NCBI GenBank assembly: GCA_963719225.1
Contig: CAVRAY010000001.1
Coordinates: 1,088,001-1,152,000 of the forward strand
DNA length: 64,000 nt
Reading direction: 5' to 3'
Source of the DNA: Thermoanaerobaculia bacterium
GTDB taxonomy: Bacteria; Acidobacteriota; Thermoanaerobaculia; UBA5066
Below are positions 21,060-28,962 of the stretch, piece by piece; position 1 is the first letter of the stretch; every line of letters starts with the position of its first letter. A program made the position numbers and the translations under genes. The notes under the pieces are model-generated. The model worked only from the letters and a program-made list of their open reading frames with translations, was not told the origin of the DNA and did no database searches.

Positions 21060-21270
21060 TCTCGATCAATCGTGGCCATCCCAATTCGAGCTAACGCCCC
21101 GTCAGGGCGACTGCGCAGCGGACTCCGGTCCCCACGGGTTTCGGCCCGTGAAGGAAAACCGGCGCCGAGATTGCAGCGCCCCTACGGATTGGACCCCCTC
21201 ATGCACCGGGCCAAAAGAACATGGCCTACACGAGTGCGAATGGAAGCTCGGCGAACAACTCGAACCCGGG
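21060..21270 (+). ncRNA. Putative bridge/seekRNA of IS1111 copy A (boundaries approximate)
   Basis: Internal-loop guide GCAGCGGACT (21115-21124) equals the attC target; CATCCCA (21077-21083) and ATGGAAG (21240-21246) match the IS circle junction. Confidence 0.75.
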
Positions 21271-21354
21271 GATTCCCAAAGGAGATCTCAGCCCTCTCTT
21301 GACTACGACCGGCCTTCTCATGGAAGTCCGCTGCAACGAGTTGTTGGGCGGCGA

Positions 21355-21624
21355 CTAACGCTGGCCGATGAGACGCTCGTACTCGTCGTGCGAGCCGACC
21401 CAGAACCAGACGATGTCCTCGCCCTCCCGCACGCCGAGAGCGCGATAGTGGATGCCGATGCGAACCGAGTAAATCGGACGCGAAGGGTGCACCGGCTTGA
21501 AGCGCAGACCTGGATGATTGGGATCGGACCGAAAGAGGGTGTAGGCGCGCTGAGCCTGCGCACGAACCTGAAGAGGAAGCGCCTCGAGTGCCTTACGGAA
21601 GGCGGCGGTAGTACGCGACCTCAC
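21355..21624 (-). CDS. RelE/ParE-like toxin (cassette)
   Basis: HPGLRFKPV, YSVRIG..YRALG, WFWVGSHDEYE. Confidence 0.85.
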   Translation of the reverse strand: MRSRTTAAFRKALEALPLQVRAQAQRAYTLFRSDPNHPGLRFKPVHPSRPIYSVRIGIHYRALGVREGEDIVWFWVGSHDEYERLIGQR

Positions 21625-21839
21625 CGAGGCTTCGGGTCGAGATCCCGAGTGTTGCCCGAGCGATGCTCCGCGAGCGCCGCATCAGCGAGACGCTCGAGCG
21701 TGGAGCCGGAACGAGAGAAGGACTCGGCCCAACGCGCCTCATCCTCAAGCTCGGCCAGCAGCCACGAAGCTACTTCCTCCTGCTGGGGAGGAGGGAGCTT
21801 TGAGATTTCTGCGAGAGCCTTTTCGAGAAGCGCTGTCAT
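21621..21839 (-). CDS. Cognate antitoxin (cassette)
   Basis: MTALLEKALAEISKLP...LAELEDE; overlaps the toxin; palindrome GGGAG..CTCCC around a TAGAAT -10 at 21851-21868. Confidence 0.8.
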   Translation of the reverse strand: MTALLEKALAEISKLPPPQQEEVASWLLAELEDEARWAESFSRSGSTLERLADAALAEHRSGNTRDLDPKPR

Positions 21840-22019
21840 GACTTTACCGCGGGAGATTCTACTCTCCCTGAGCCGCCTAACGATACCGAGTTCAGCGGCG
21901 AAGAGGAAGGAGCGAAGCGACTGACGATGAGATGGGATGAGAAGGCCGGTCTCCCCAACGCAGTCGGAGAATCCGCTGCAAGGGAAAAGCGGGCTCGAGG
22001 CCCAGAAGGGAGACCGGCC

Positions 22020-23114
22020 GTGAAGAAGCGTAGCACTGGGAACGGGGCCGAGGTGACGGGGGCGTGGACGCTGGGAATGGACTTGGGGGATCGGACGAGT
22101 CACATCTGCGTGCTTGACGAGGGAGGGACGGTCGTCGAGCGGGGCAAGGTCCAGACGACGCAGGAAGGGATGCGGAAGCGGTTCGAAGGAGCGCCCCGAA
22201 TGCGAGTTGCCATGGAGGTGGGGACACATTCGCCGTGGGTGAGCCGGCTTCTAAAAGGGTTTGGGCACGAGGTCCTGGTGGCCAACCCGCGAAAGACGCG
22301 GCTGATCTACCAGAACCGCGGGAAGCAGGATCCTGTGGATGCCGAGGCGCTGGCGAGGATCGCGCGGCTGGACCCGAAGCTTCTCTATCCCGTGGCGCAC
22401 CGGGCCGAGAGCGTCGCGCAGGATCTGGCCGTGGTTCGGGCGCGCGATGCGCTGGTGAGGACACGGTCGCTGCTCATCAATCACGTCCGCGGCGCGGTCA
22501 AGGCGACGGGCCACCGCGTCAAGAAATGCTCGACCCGGACGTTCTCGAAAAGAGCGGTGGGTGAAATCCCCGAGCAAGTGCGCGAGGCGTTGTCGAGTGT
22601 CGTGACGACCATCGAGGTCGTGTCGAAACAGATTCTCGTGCTGGACAAGCGAATCCGAGAGCTGGGGAAAGAGAAATACCCCGAGACAGCGTTGCTCAGG
22701 CAGGTAGGCGGAGTGGGCCCGATCGTGGCGCTGGCCTACATCCTGACGCTCGAGCATCCGGGTCGCTTCCTGAAGAGCCGGGCCGTGGGGCCCTGGCTCG
22801 GGCTTGTGCCGGCGCGAAGCCAGAGCGGAAACTCCGACCCGCAGCTGCGCATCACGAAGGAAGGAGACACCTTGCTGCGCCGGCTTCTTGTTCAGGCGGC
22901 GCAGTACATCCTCGGGCCATTCGGAGAGGACTGCGATCTCAGGCGATTCGGTCAGGCTCTTTCGGCCCGAGGGGAACGCAACGCCAAGAAACGAGCCGTC
23001 ATCGCCGTCGCAAGAAAGCTGGCCGTGCTGCTGCATCGGCTGTGGAAGAGCGCAGAGGTCTATGAGCCGCTACGCAGGGCCGGAACGCTCCAGGACGCGA
23101 CCGTGGCGGCCTAA
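22020..23114 (+). CDS. IS110 DEDD recombinase/transposase (copy B)
   Basis: Same protein as copy A. Confidence 0.95.
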   Translation: MKKRSTGNGAEVTGAWTLGMDLGDRTSHICVLDEGGTVVERGKVQTTQEGMRKRFEGAPRMRVAMEVGTHSPWVSRLLKGFGHEVLVANPRKTRLIYQNRGKQDPVDAEALARIARLDPKLLYPVAHRAESVAQDLAVVRARDALVRTRSLLINHVRGAVKATGHRVKKCSTRTFSKRAVGEIPEQVREALSSVVTTIEVVSKQILVLDKRIRELGKEKYPETALLRQVGGVGPIVALAYILTLEHPGRFLKSRAVGPWLGLVPARSQSGNSDPQLRITKEGDTLLRRLLVQAAQYILGPFGEDCDLRRFGQALSARGERNAKKRAVIAVARKLAVLLHRLWKSAEVYEPLRRAGTLQDATVAA

Positions 23115-23155
23115 GAAATCAGCCAAGGGAAACAGCGAAAGGAAATAACGAGAGG

Positions 23156-23366
23156 TCTCGATCAATCGTGGCCATCCCAATTCGAGCTAACGCCCCGTCA
23201 GGGCGACTGCGCAGCGGACTCCGGTCCCCACGGGTTTCGGCCCGTGAAGGAAAACCGGCGCCGAGATTGCAGCGCCCCTACGGATTGGACCCCCTCATGC
23301 ACCGGGCCAAAAGAACATGGCCTACACGAGTGCGAATGGAAGCTCGGCGAACAACTCGAACCCGGG
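23156..23366 (+). ncRNA. Putative bridge/seekRNA of copy B
   Basis: Same sequence as the copy A region. Confidence 0.75.
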
Positions 23367-23522
23367 GATTCCCAAAGGAGATCTCAGCCCTCTCTTGACT
23401 ACGACCGGCCTTCTCATGGAAGTCCGCTGCAAGGATGGAGTGGACTCCTCCTTCATGACGTGAAACGGCATCTGTGTGCCAACGTCATCGAGTCGGAGAG
23501 TGAAGCCGAAAAGGAGGAGTCC

Positions 23523-24578
23523 ATGGAGAATCCTACGACGATCGCGATCGACCTGTCCAAGAGCGTTTTCGAGATCGCCGTCGAGCGCGGGGGGCGGATC
23601 TGCCAGAGGAAGCGGCTGAGCCGAGGGCAGATGATCACGTTTCTTTCGCAGTGCCCCAGGGCCACGATCCTCATGGAGACGTGTGGCACCTCGCACTACT
23701 GGGGCCGCAAGGCGCAGGAGCTCGGGCACGACGTGCGGCTGCTTCCGGCACAGCACGTCAGGCCGTACCGCATCGGCCAGAAGATCGACCGCAGGGACGC
23801 CGAAGCGATCCTGAGCGCGCGGCACCGAGAAACGATCGTCGCCGTGCCCGTCAAGACGGTCGAGCAGCAGACCATCTGCGCGCTTCACCGGGTGCGCGCG
23901 GCGCTGATGAAGACCCGGACCGCCCGGCTGAACACCGTGAGAGGTCTGCTGAGGGAATTCGGGGTTGTGATTGCCGAGGGAGCCGAGAGAGTCCAGCCGG
24001 CGCTTTTCGAAGCCCTCTCGCAGTCTTCCTCGCCCGTGCCCGAGCCCCTTCACGCGGCGCTCATGGCGATGATGGCCGAGGCCCGAGAGCTCGAGGAAAG
24101 AAGCGGGCAGGTCGAAAAGCAGCTGAAGGCCCTGGCCCGGACGGCTCCTCTCGTCGAGAGGCTCGAGACGATTCCGGGTGTAGGTCTCCTGAACGCCACG
24201 GCGTTTTCTGCGATGGTCGGAGACTTTCGGCGCTTCAAGTCGGGACGGAAGTTTGCGAGCTCGCTCGGGCTGACGCCGAAGGAAAGCTCGAGCGGAAAGA
24301 GAAGGTGGCTCGGGTCGATCAGCAAGGCCGGAGACCCGTACCTCAGGACGCTTTTGATCGGCGGGGCCCGCTCGATGCTGCTCTCGGCCCACCGCAGGAA
24401 AAGGCCGCATGACCTGCAGCGATGGGCGCTCGAGGTCGAGAACAGGCGCGGGCGAAACCGCGCCGCAGTCGCCGTCGCAAACAAGCTCGCCCGGATCATC
24501 TGGGCCGTCGCGACGCGGGGCGAGCCGTTCAAGGCCAGGTTCGCCGCTCAGAACCCTCCAGCAACCGCTTCTGCCTGA
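23523..24578 (+). CDS. IS110 DEDD recombinase/transposase (element C)
   Basis: IAIDLSK, METCG, KIDRRDA, PKESSSG, AVANKLAR. Confidence 0.95.
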   Translation: MENPTTIAIDLSKSVFEIAVERGGRICQRKRLSRGQMITFLSQCPRATILMETCGTSHYWGRKAQELGHDVRLLPAQHVRPYRIGQKIDRRDAEAILSARHRETIVAVPVKTVEQQTICALHRVRAALMKTRTARLNTVRGLLREFGVVIAEGAERVQPALFEALSQSSSPVPEPLHAALMAMMAEARELEERSGQVEKQLKALARTAPLVERLETIPGVGLLNATAFSAMVGDFRRFKSGRKFASSLGLTPKESSSGKRRWLGSISKAGDPYLRTLLIGGARSMLLSAHRRKRPHDLQRWALEVENRRGRNRAAVAVANKLARIIWAVATRGEPFKARFAAQNPPATASA

Positions 24579-24639
24579 AACGAGAAAGTGGGAGAGAAAC
24601 CCGTCAGCCCTTCCCGCCGACGAACGCGAAAGATGCGAC

Positions 24640-24815
24640 AGATGAGCTCGGTCCGACCGACACGGGGCAAAGCCGATAACACCTCTGGCTCCAAGAAGCC
24701 GTTGCACAACGATTGGCCCCCCGTGTGCGGATTTCATCCTGGCCCGGAGCCCACGAAGGCTCCAACAGAAGAGGCCGTAGATACGAGTGCCGTCGCGACC
24801 TTCTCCGCTCATCAC
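24640..24815 (+). ncRNA. Putative two-loop bridge RNA of element C (boundaries approximate)
   Basis: Loop 1: TAACACCTC (24677-24685) and GTTGCA (24701-24706) match the attC target. Loop 2: CATCCT (24735-24740) and AGATA (24779-24783) match the IS ends. Confidence 0.68.
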
Positions 24816-24976
24816 CATCGATCGCGTTCCCACGCAGGAATCGCCCCCGACGACCCAGGATCGCCTGATTTCTTAGAAGGAGAAAAACCACAGACCGCCC
24901 GCACTTGATCCCAAGGAGGAGTCCAGATACGAGGGGTTAGGCCTCGTACGATGCGTGAATAATGGACGACCGAGGC

Positions 24977-25393
24977 TTAAGGAGCGACGGGCCTGAGCCT
25001 GCGCCAGATGAAGAGCGCAAAACTGGCAACCGCGACTGCGGGGACCAGAAGGGTAAGTAGGAAAGGCGGCATACGGTCCGCGCGGACGAGACTCAGTGTG
25101 AGCCGATACGCGAGGCCGGCCGAGACAAGGCCCATGAACGCGAACGCCGAGAAAAGCGTAGGACGGAGCAAGCGAACGGCCTGCGCGCTATGGAAAGTGC
25201 TGGCAGCGACAAGGATTAGCCCGCTAACCCCGAGGTAGAGCTTGGTGACGAGTTGAACCGTAGTGAAGGGAGGATGAGCGACGAAGAAGTCGATGGCGCC
25301 AAGGATGAGAAACGCGAGGCCCACGAGAAAGGCCCCGAGACGAAGATGGCTGGGTATCGACGACCCGGCAGAACTCCGTAGGGATGAGGTCAT
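24977..25393 (-). CDS. Four-TM hypothetical protein (cassette 2)
   Basis: Bounded by complementary GTTAGGCCTCG / CGAGGCCTAAC ends; AAAGGA RBS. Confidence 0.7.
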   Translation of the reverse strand: MTSSLRSSAGSSIPSHLRLGAFLVGLAFLILGAIDFFVAHPPFTTVQLVTKLYLGVSGLILVAASTFHSAQAVRLLRPTLFSAFAFMGLVSAGLAYRLTLSLVRADRMPPFLLTLLVPAVAVASFALFIWRRLRPVAP

Positions 25394-25409
25394 GCGATTT
25401 CCTTTCGAG

Positions 25410-25489
25410 GCCTAACGATATCGAGTTCAGCGGCGAAGAGGAAGGAGCGAAGCGACTGACGATGAGTCCGCTGCAATGAGTTGTTCGGC
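25410..25489 (-). mobile_element. attC: Integron attC site (intact, 80 bp)
   Basis: GCCGAAC...TGCAGCGG...CCGCTGAAC...GTTAGGC on the minus strand. Confidence 0.93.
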
Positions 25490-25495
25490 GGCGGC

Positions 25496-25951
25496 CTACG
25501 GCCACTTGAAGAAGCTGAAGACGGCCGCAGCGCCTTGAGCCTCCGTGACGAGTTGAAAACCGTGGCTTAGCAGCTGGCACGGGCCGTTTGAGGAAGGTGA
25601 CAGGCCTTGCCCCATGACCCCGAATTGGACCGGGATACCGGCCTCCTTTGCATTGCTGAGGGTGCGGAGAGCTTTCGCGTGCTGCTCTGGTGTGCTTGGC
25701 GTACCGGTAGAGCGCCACCAGTGCGAGCGCCGATAAGAGACGCTGACGGTTACCTCGGTGCATGAGCCCGGCAGGATGGCAGGATCGTGAGCGAGGGGCA
25801 GGAGCCGAATGACTTGGTGTTCGCGAGACGAGACGTCGACTGCTACGACGCGAACGGGGAGGCTTGCGCCGCCCGCCAACACGCCCCGAGCGGCACCGAG
25901 GCCAGCGGCTAGCGCGAGGAGCGGACAGAGGAGCCGGCGAAGGGTGACCAT
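25496..25951 (-). CDS. Secreted hypothetical protein (cassette 1)
   Basis: Signal peptide, two Cys; lies between attI and the first attC. Confidence 0.7.
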   Translation of the reverse strand: MVTLRRLLCPLLALAAGLGAARGVLAGGASLPVRVVAVDVSSREHQVIRLLPLAHDPAILPGSCTEVTVSVSYRRSHWWRSTGTPSTPEQHAKALRTLSNAKEAGIPVQFGVMGQGLSPSSNGPCQLLSHGFQLVTEAQGAAAVFSFFKWP

Positions 25952-25962
25952 GAGATTTAGCC

Positions 25963-25981
25963 GCCGAACTAGTATTAGACG
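25963..25981 (-). mobile_element. attI: Integron attI site
   Basis: Minus strand CGTCTAATACTA-GTTCGGC; GTTCGGCGGC is the exact complement of the cassette 1 R'' GCCGCCGAAC; no attC hairpin here. Confidence 0.8.
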
Positions 25982-26000
25982 TCTGGTGGGGTGGGTACAT

Positions 26001-26525
26001 CTAGGAACTTCTGCCCGAATTGTGGCCCAGGTTCCTATTAGTAGTCACCTGGCGGTGAGCATATCTAGGAACCGCAGGGCGGGTGGGGTCGGGGTGGCGG
26101 GAGGGGGTTTCGAGGGTCCCGGGGGTTCCGGGGGTTCCGGGGGTCCCGAGGGGCCCGTGAGTCCCGAGGGGGGTTCGAGTTGGCGCCACGATCCGGCTCC
26201 TCAGCCTGAGCCTCTCGGCGACGTCGTACCGCGTCCGCCAGAGCATCCTTTCCCTGTCCCACCACGCCCTCGCGTCGCGGAGCCGCTGAATCGCCTTCCA
26301 GTCGTTCGGGTCGATCCTGAGGTAGACCAGCGCACCCGGCGTCGGGCGCCTTGGCGGGTTCCAGGGCCGCAGCTCCGAGGTCACGATCTCGACGGTCGTG
26401 TATCGGATCCGCTCTTTTGCGTCGAACCGGTACCTTACGGATACGAGCCGTTCGCCCCAGTCCCGGACGAACCGGGCTGTACCTTTCTCGCCCGGTCGCA
26501 TCGTCTTGCGGACGACTCCCTGCAT
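26001..26525 (-). CDS. Hypothetical protein in the intI operon, with low-complexity C-terminal tail
   Basis: RPGEKGT...GERLVSVRYRFD...RYTTVEIV core; follows the ydeI-like gene. Confidence 0.7.
   Translation of the reverse strand: MQGVVRKTMRPGEKGTARFVRDWGERLVSVRYRFDAKERIRYTTVEIVTSELRPWNPPRRPTPGALVYLRIDPNDWKAIQRLRDARAWWDRERMLWRTRYDVAERLRLRSRIVAPTRTPLGTHGPLGTPGTPGTPGTLETPSRHPDPTRPAVPRYAHRQVTTNRNLGHNSGRSS
26103..26174. repeat. Degenerate 9-bp tandem repeat (about 8 copies, G(G/A)GGGT(T/C)CC)
   Basis: Units at 26103, 26112, 26121, 26130, 26139, 26148, 26157 and 26166; encodes (GTP)n. Confidence 0.85.
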
Positions 26526-26545
26526 GGCGCCGTTCGCGTGCGTAA

Positions 26546-27040
26546 TCACGGCGCCTTCTTCTCCGGCCGCGCGAGGATCCCGATCCGGCGTCCGGCGTCG
26601 GAGTCGGCGATCAGCTGCGCGAGGCGACGCGCGCGGGTCTCGGGCTTCTTCGCGCTCGCGACCCAGAACGTCGAGACTCTCGTGTAGCCCGGCGGCTGGG
26701 CCTGGAAGAACCGCCACGCGCCCCGGTGTGCCCGGAACGTCCGCGCCGCCTCGCGGTCGAACGTCAGGGTGCTCCTCTGCTCGAAGGAGTAGACGCCCGT
26801 GCGCTTCGCCTCGATGTACCAGCGGCCTGAGTCGAGGCTGCGCCTGACGCCGTCGATCCACCCGAAGCAGAGCGCCTCGTCCAGCGCCTCGAAGTACGTG
26901 AGGCTCGTGCGCCCGGGCGCCTTCTTGAGGAACCCGACGAGGAGCTCGGTCACCTTCGCGTGGTTCTTCTGGAGCCAGCGGCGGAAGGCGGGGGCATCGT
27001 CGAAGAAGATCGGAGGCGGTGAGCGAGGTGCGTCTCTCAC
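26546..27040 (-). CDS. YdeI/OmpD-associated family protein
   Basis: [35 protein letters not shown]; start overlaps the intI stop (GTGA). Confidence 0.85.
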   Translation of the reverse strand: MRDAPRSPPPIFFDDAPAFRRWLQKNHAKVTELLVGFLKKAPGRTSLTYFEALDEALCFGWIDGVRRSLDSGRWYIEAKRTGVYSFEQRSTLTFDREAARTFRAHRGAWRFFQAQPPGYTRVSTFWVASAKKPETRARRLAQLIADSDAGRRIGILARPEKKAP

Positions 27041-27990
27041 GGCCCGTCCAGCGGGCTCCTGACGCCGCGGCCTCCGGAGTTGAGAACGTGGGTGTAGATC
27101 ATCGTCGTCGCGACGTCGCGGTGGCCGAGGAGCTCCTGGATGGTGCGGATGTCGTAGCCGCTCTCGAGAAGGTGGGTCGCGAAGCTGTGGCGCAGGGTGT
27201 GGCAGGTCGCGAGCCTCGTGATGCCGGCGTCCGCGACGGCCCTCTGGACGGCCCGCTGGACGACGGATTCGGGGAGGTGGTGACGGCGGATTTCACCGCT
27301 CCGCGGGTCGACGCTCTCGCGCCCCGCGGGGAAGACGTACTGCCACGGCCAGCTCTTTGCGGCGCCGGGGTACTTGATGCGAATGGCGTCGGGAAGGTGG
27401 ACGTCGCCGCCGCCGCGCGCGCGGTCCGCGTCGTGCCGGGCGCGGACCTCCTCGAGATGCGCCGCGAGGTCCGGCCTGAGAACGGCGGAAAGCATCGTGA
27501 CGCGGTCCTTCTGGCCCTTGCCGTCGCGGACGAGGATCTCGTTGCGGGAGAGGTCGAGATCCTTGACGCGCAGGCGCAGCGCTTCCATGAGCCTGAGTCC
27601 GGAGCCGTAGAGAAGGGTCGCGACGAGGCGCGGCTCGCCGCGGAGGCGGGCGAGGATCCGGCGGACCTCCTCGCGCGTGAGGACGACGGGAAGGCGTGCC
27701 GGACGCCGGGCGCGGATGAGAGTCGACATCTCGGGGAACGGCTTGTCGAGGACGTTGCGATAGAGGAAGAGAAGCGCCGAGAGCGCCTGGTTCTGGGTGG
27801 AGGCCGCGACGCGGCCCTGCGTCGCGAGGGAGGAGAGAAAGGCGCCGATCTCGGCTTCGCCCATCTCGTCGGGATGGCGTTTGTCGTGAAAGACGACGAA
27901 CCGCCGGATCCATCCGACGTAGGCTTCCTCGGTCCGGAGGCTGTAATGGCGCGTGCGGAGCGCGGCACGCACGCGTTCGAGGAGCTTCAT
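27037..27990 (-). CDS. intI: Integron integrase
   Basis: [24 protein letters not shown], IntI-specific insert (KYP.A...WPWQYVFP...RRHH), [24 protein letters not shown]. Confidence 0.97.
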   Translation of the reverse strand: MKLLERVRAALRTRHYSLRTEEAYVGWIRRFVVFHDKRHPDEMGEAEIGAFLSSLATQGRVAASTQNQALSALLFLYRNVLDKPFPEMSTLIRARRPARLPVVLTREEVRRILARLRGEPRLVATLLYGSGLRLMEALRLRVKDLDLSRNEILVRDGKGQKDRVTMLSAVLRPDLAAHLEEVRARHDADRARGGGDVHLPDAIRIKYPGAAKSWPWQYVFPAGRESVDPRSGEIRRHHLPESVVQRAVQRAVADAGITRLATCHTLRHSFATHLLESGYDIRTIQELLGHRDVATTMIYTHVLNSGGRGVRSPLDGP

Positions 27991-28117
27991 GTTTCCTGCC
28001 GCGCAAAAGGTAGATCCGCGGTGCTCGCAAGTCAAGCGTAAGTTTAGGCCTAGAATGAGCCACGATTCATTTTTTCCATGACGCGCCTCGAAAGGCATGC
28101 TACGTTCCCGGGTTGCC

Positions 28118-28906
28118 ATGAATCAGATCGTCTGCATCGCCTACGTCCCCGACACGGAAACCAGGATCCGCATCGCCCCGGGCGGCGTCTCGATCGACGA
28201 AGCCGACGTGAAGTGGATCGTGTCCCCCTACGACGAGTACGCGCTCGAGGGCGCGCTCAAGACGAAGGAAGCGAAAGGCGGGACCGTCACGGCCCTGACG
28301 TTCGGCCCCGCGCGCGCCGACACGGGCCTGCGCGAGAGCCTCGCCCGCGGCGCCGACGACGCGATCCGCATCGCGTCCGAGGGCCTCGGCGACGTGGATT
28401 CGCTCGGCGTGGCGCGCCTCCTCGCCGGCGTCATCGAGACCCTGCCCTACGACGTCGTGTGGATGGGCAACAAGGGCGTCGGCACGGACGCGCAGCTCCT
28501 CGTGCCCATGCTCGCCGAGCTCCTCGACCTGCCGCACGTGAATCTCGTGACGCAGCTCGAGTGGAAGGACGGCACGGTCGTCGCGCACCGCGAGATCGAG
28601 GGCGCGCAGGAAGTCGTCGAGATGCCGCTTCCCGGCATCATCGGTGCCACGAAGGGGCTGAACGAGCCGCGCTACGCGTCGCTGAAGGGGATCATGGCCG
28701 CGAAGAAGAAGGCGATCGCCGTGAAGACGCCCGCCGACGCCGGCGTCGATCCGGCGTCGATCTCCGGAGACGCCGTGCACGTGCGCTGGACGAAGCTCGA
28801 GCTGCCGCCCCCGCGGCAGGCCGTGAAGCTCGTCCCGGCGGATGACCCGGCGAAGGCCGCGACGGAGCTGCTGCGGCTGCTGCGGGAAGAGGCGAAGGTC
28901 CTTTGA
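28118..28906 (+). CDS. etfB: Electron transfer flavoprotein beta subunit
   Basis: [30 protein letters not shown]. Confidence 0.95.
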   Translation: MNQIVCIAYVPDTETRIRIAPGGVSIDEADVKWIVSPYDEYALEGALKTKEAKGGTVTALTFGPARADTGLRESLARGADDAIRIASEGLGDVDSLGVARLLAGVIETLPYDVVWMGNKGVGTDAQLLVPMLAELLDLPHVNLVTQLEWKDGTVVAHREIEGAQEVVEMPLPGIIGATKGLNEPRYASLKGIMAAKKKAIAVKTPADAGVDPASISGDAVHVRWTKLELPPPRQAVKLVPADDPAKAATELLRLLREEAKVL

Positions 28907-28962
28907 GTAAGAAGGAAAAGAGAAAGAGAAGATTTTCTTAGAAGGTAAGAGGGAAAGATCGC

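Larger units (their letters stand above)
19836..21326 (+). mobile_element. IS110-family (IS1111 group) element, copy A, 1491 bp
   Basis: Subterminal 15-bp IRs ATGAGAAGGCCGGTC (19841-19855 / 21307-21321); AG core at both junctions; long 3' non-coding region. Confidence 0.95.
19799..21349 (-). mobile_element. attC: attC site split by IS1111 copy A (halves 19799-19835 and 21327-21349)
   Basis: Rejoined halves give GTCTAAC...GCGAGTCCGCTGCAACGAGTTGTTGGGC, like the intact attC at 18071. Confidence 0.92.
21932..23422 (+). mobile_element. IS1111-group element, copy B
   Basis: Direct copy of A at offset 2096; one difference noticed (G21052/A23148); IRs 21937-21951 / 23403-23417. Confidence 0.95.
23433..24929 (+). 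mobile_element. Second IS1111-attC type element (element C)
   Basis: 13-bp subterminal IRs TGGACTCCTCCTT (23441-23453) / AAGGAGGAGTCCA (24913-24925); internal IR copy at 23511-23523. Confidence 0.93.
21875..24942 (-). mobile_element. attC: attC site split by two stacked IS1111 elements (pieces 21875-21931, 23423-23432, 24930-24942)
   Basis: Rejoined pieces closely match the intact 80-bp attC at 25410. Confidence 0.92.
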
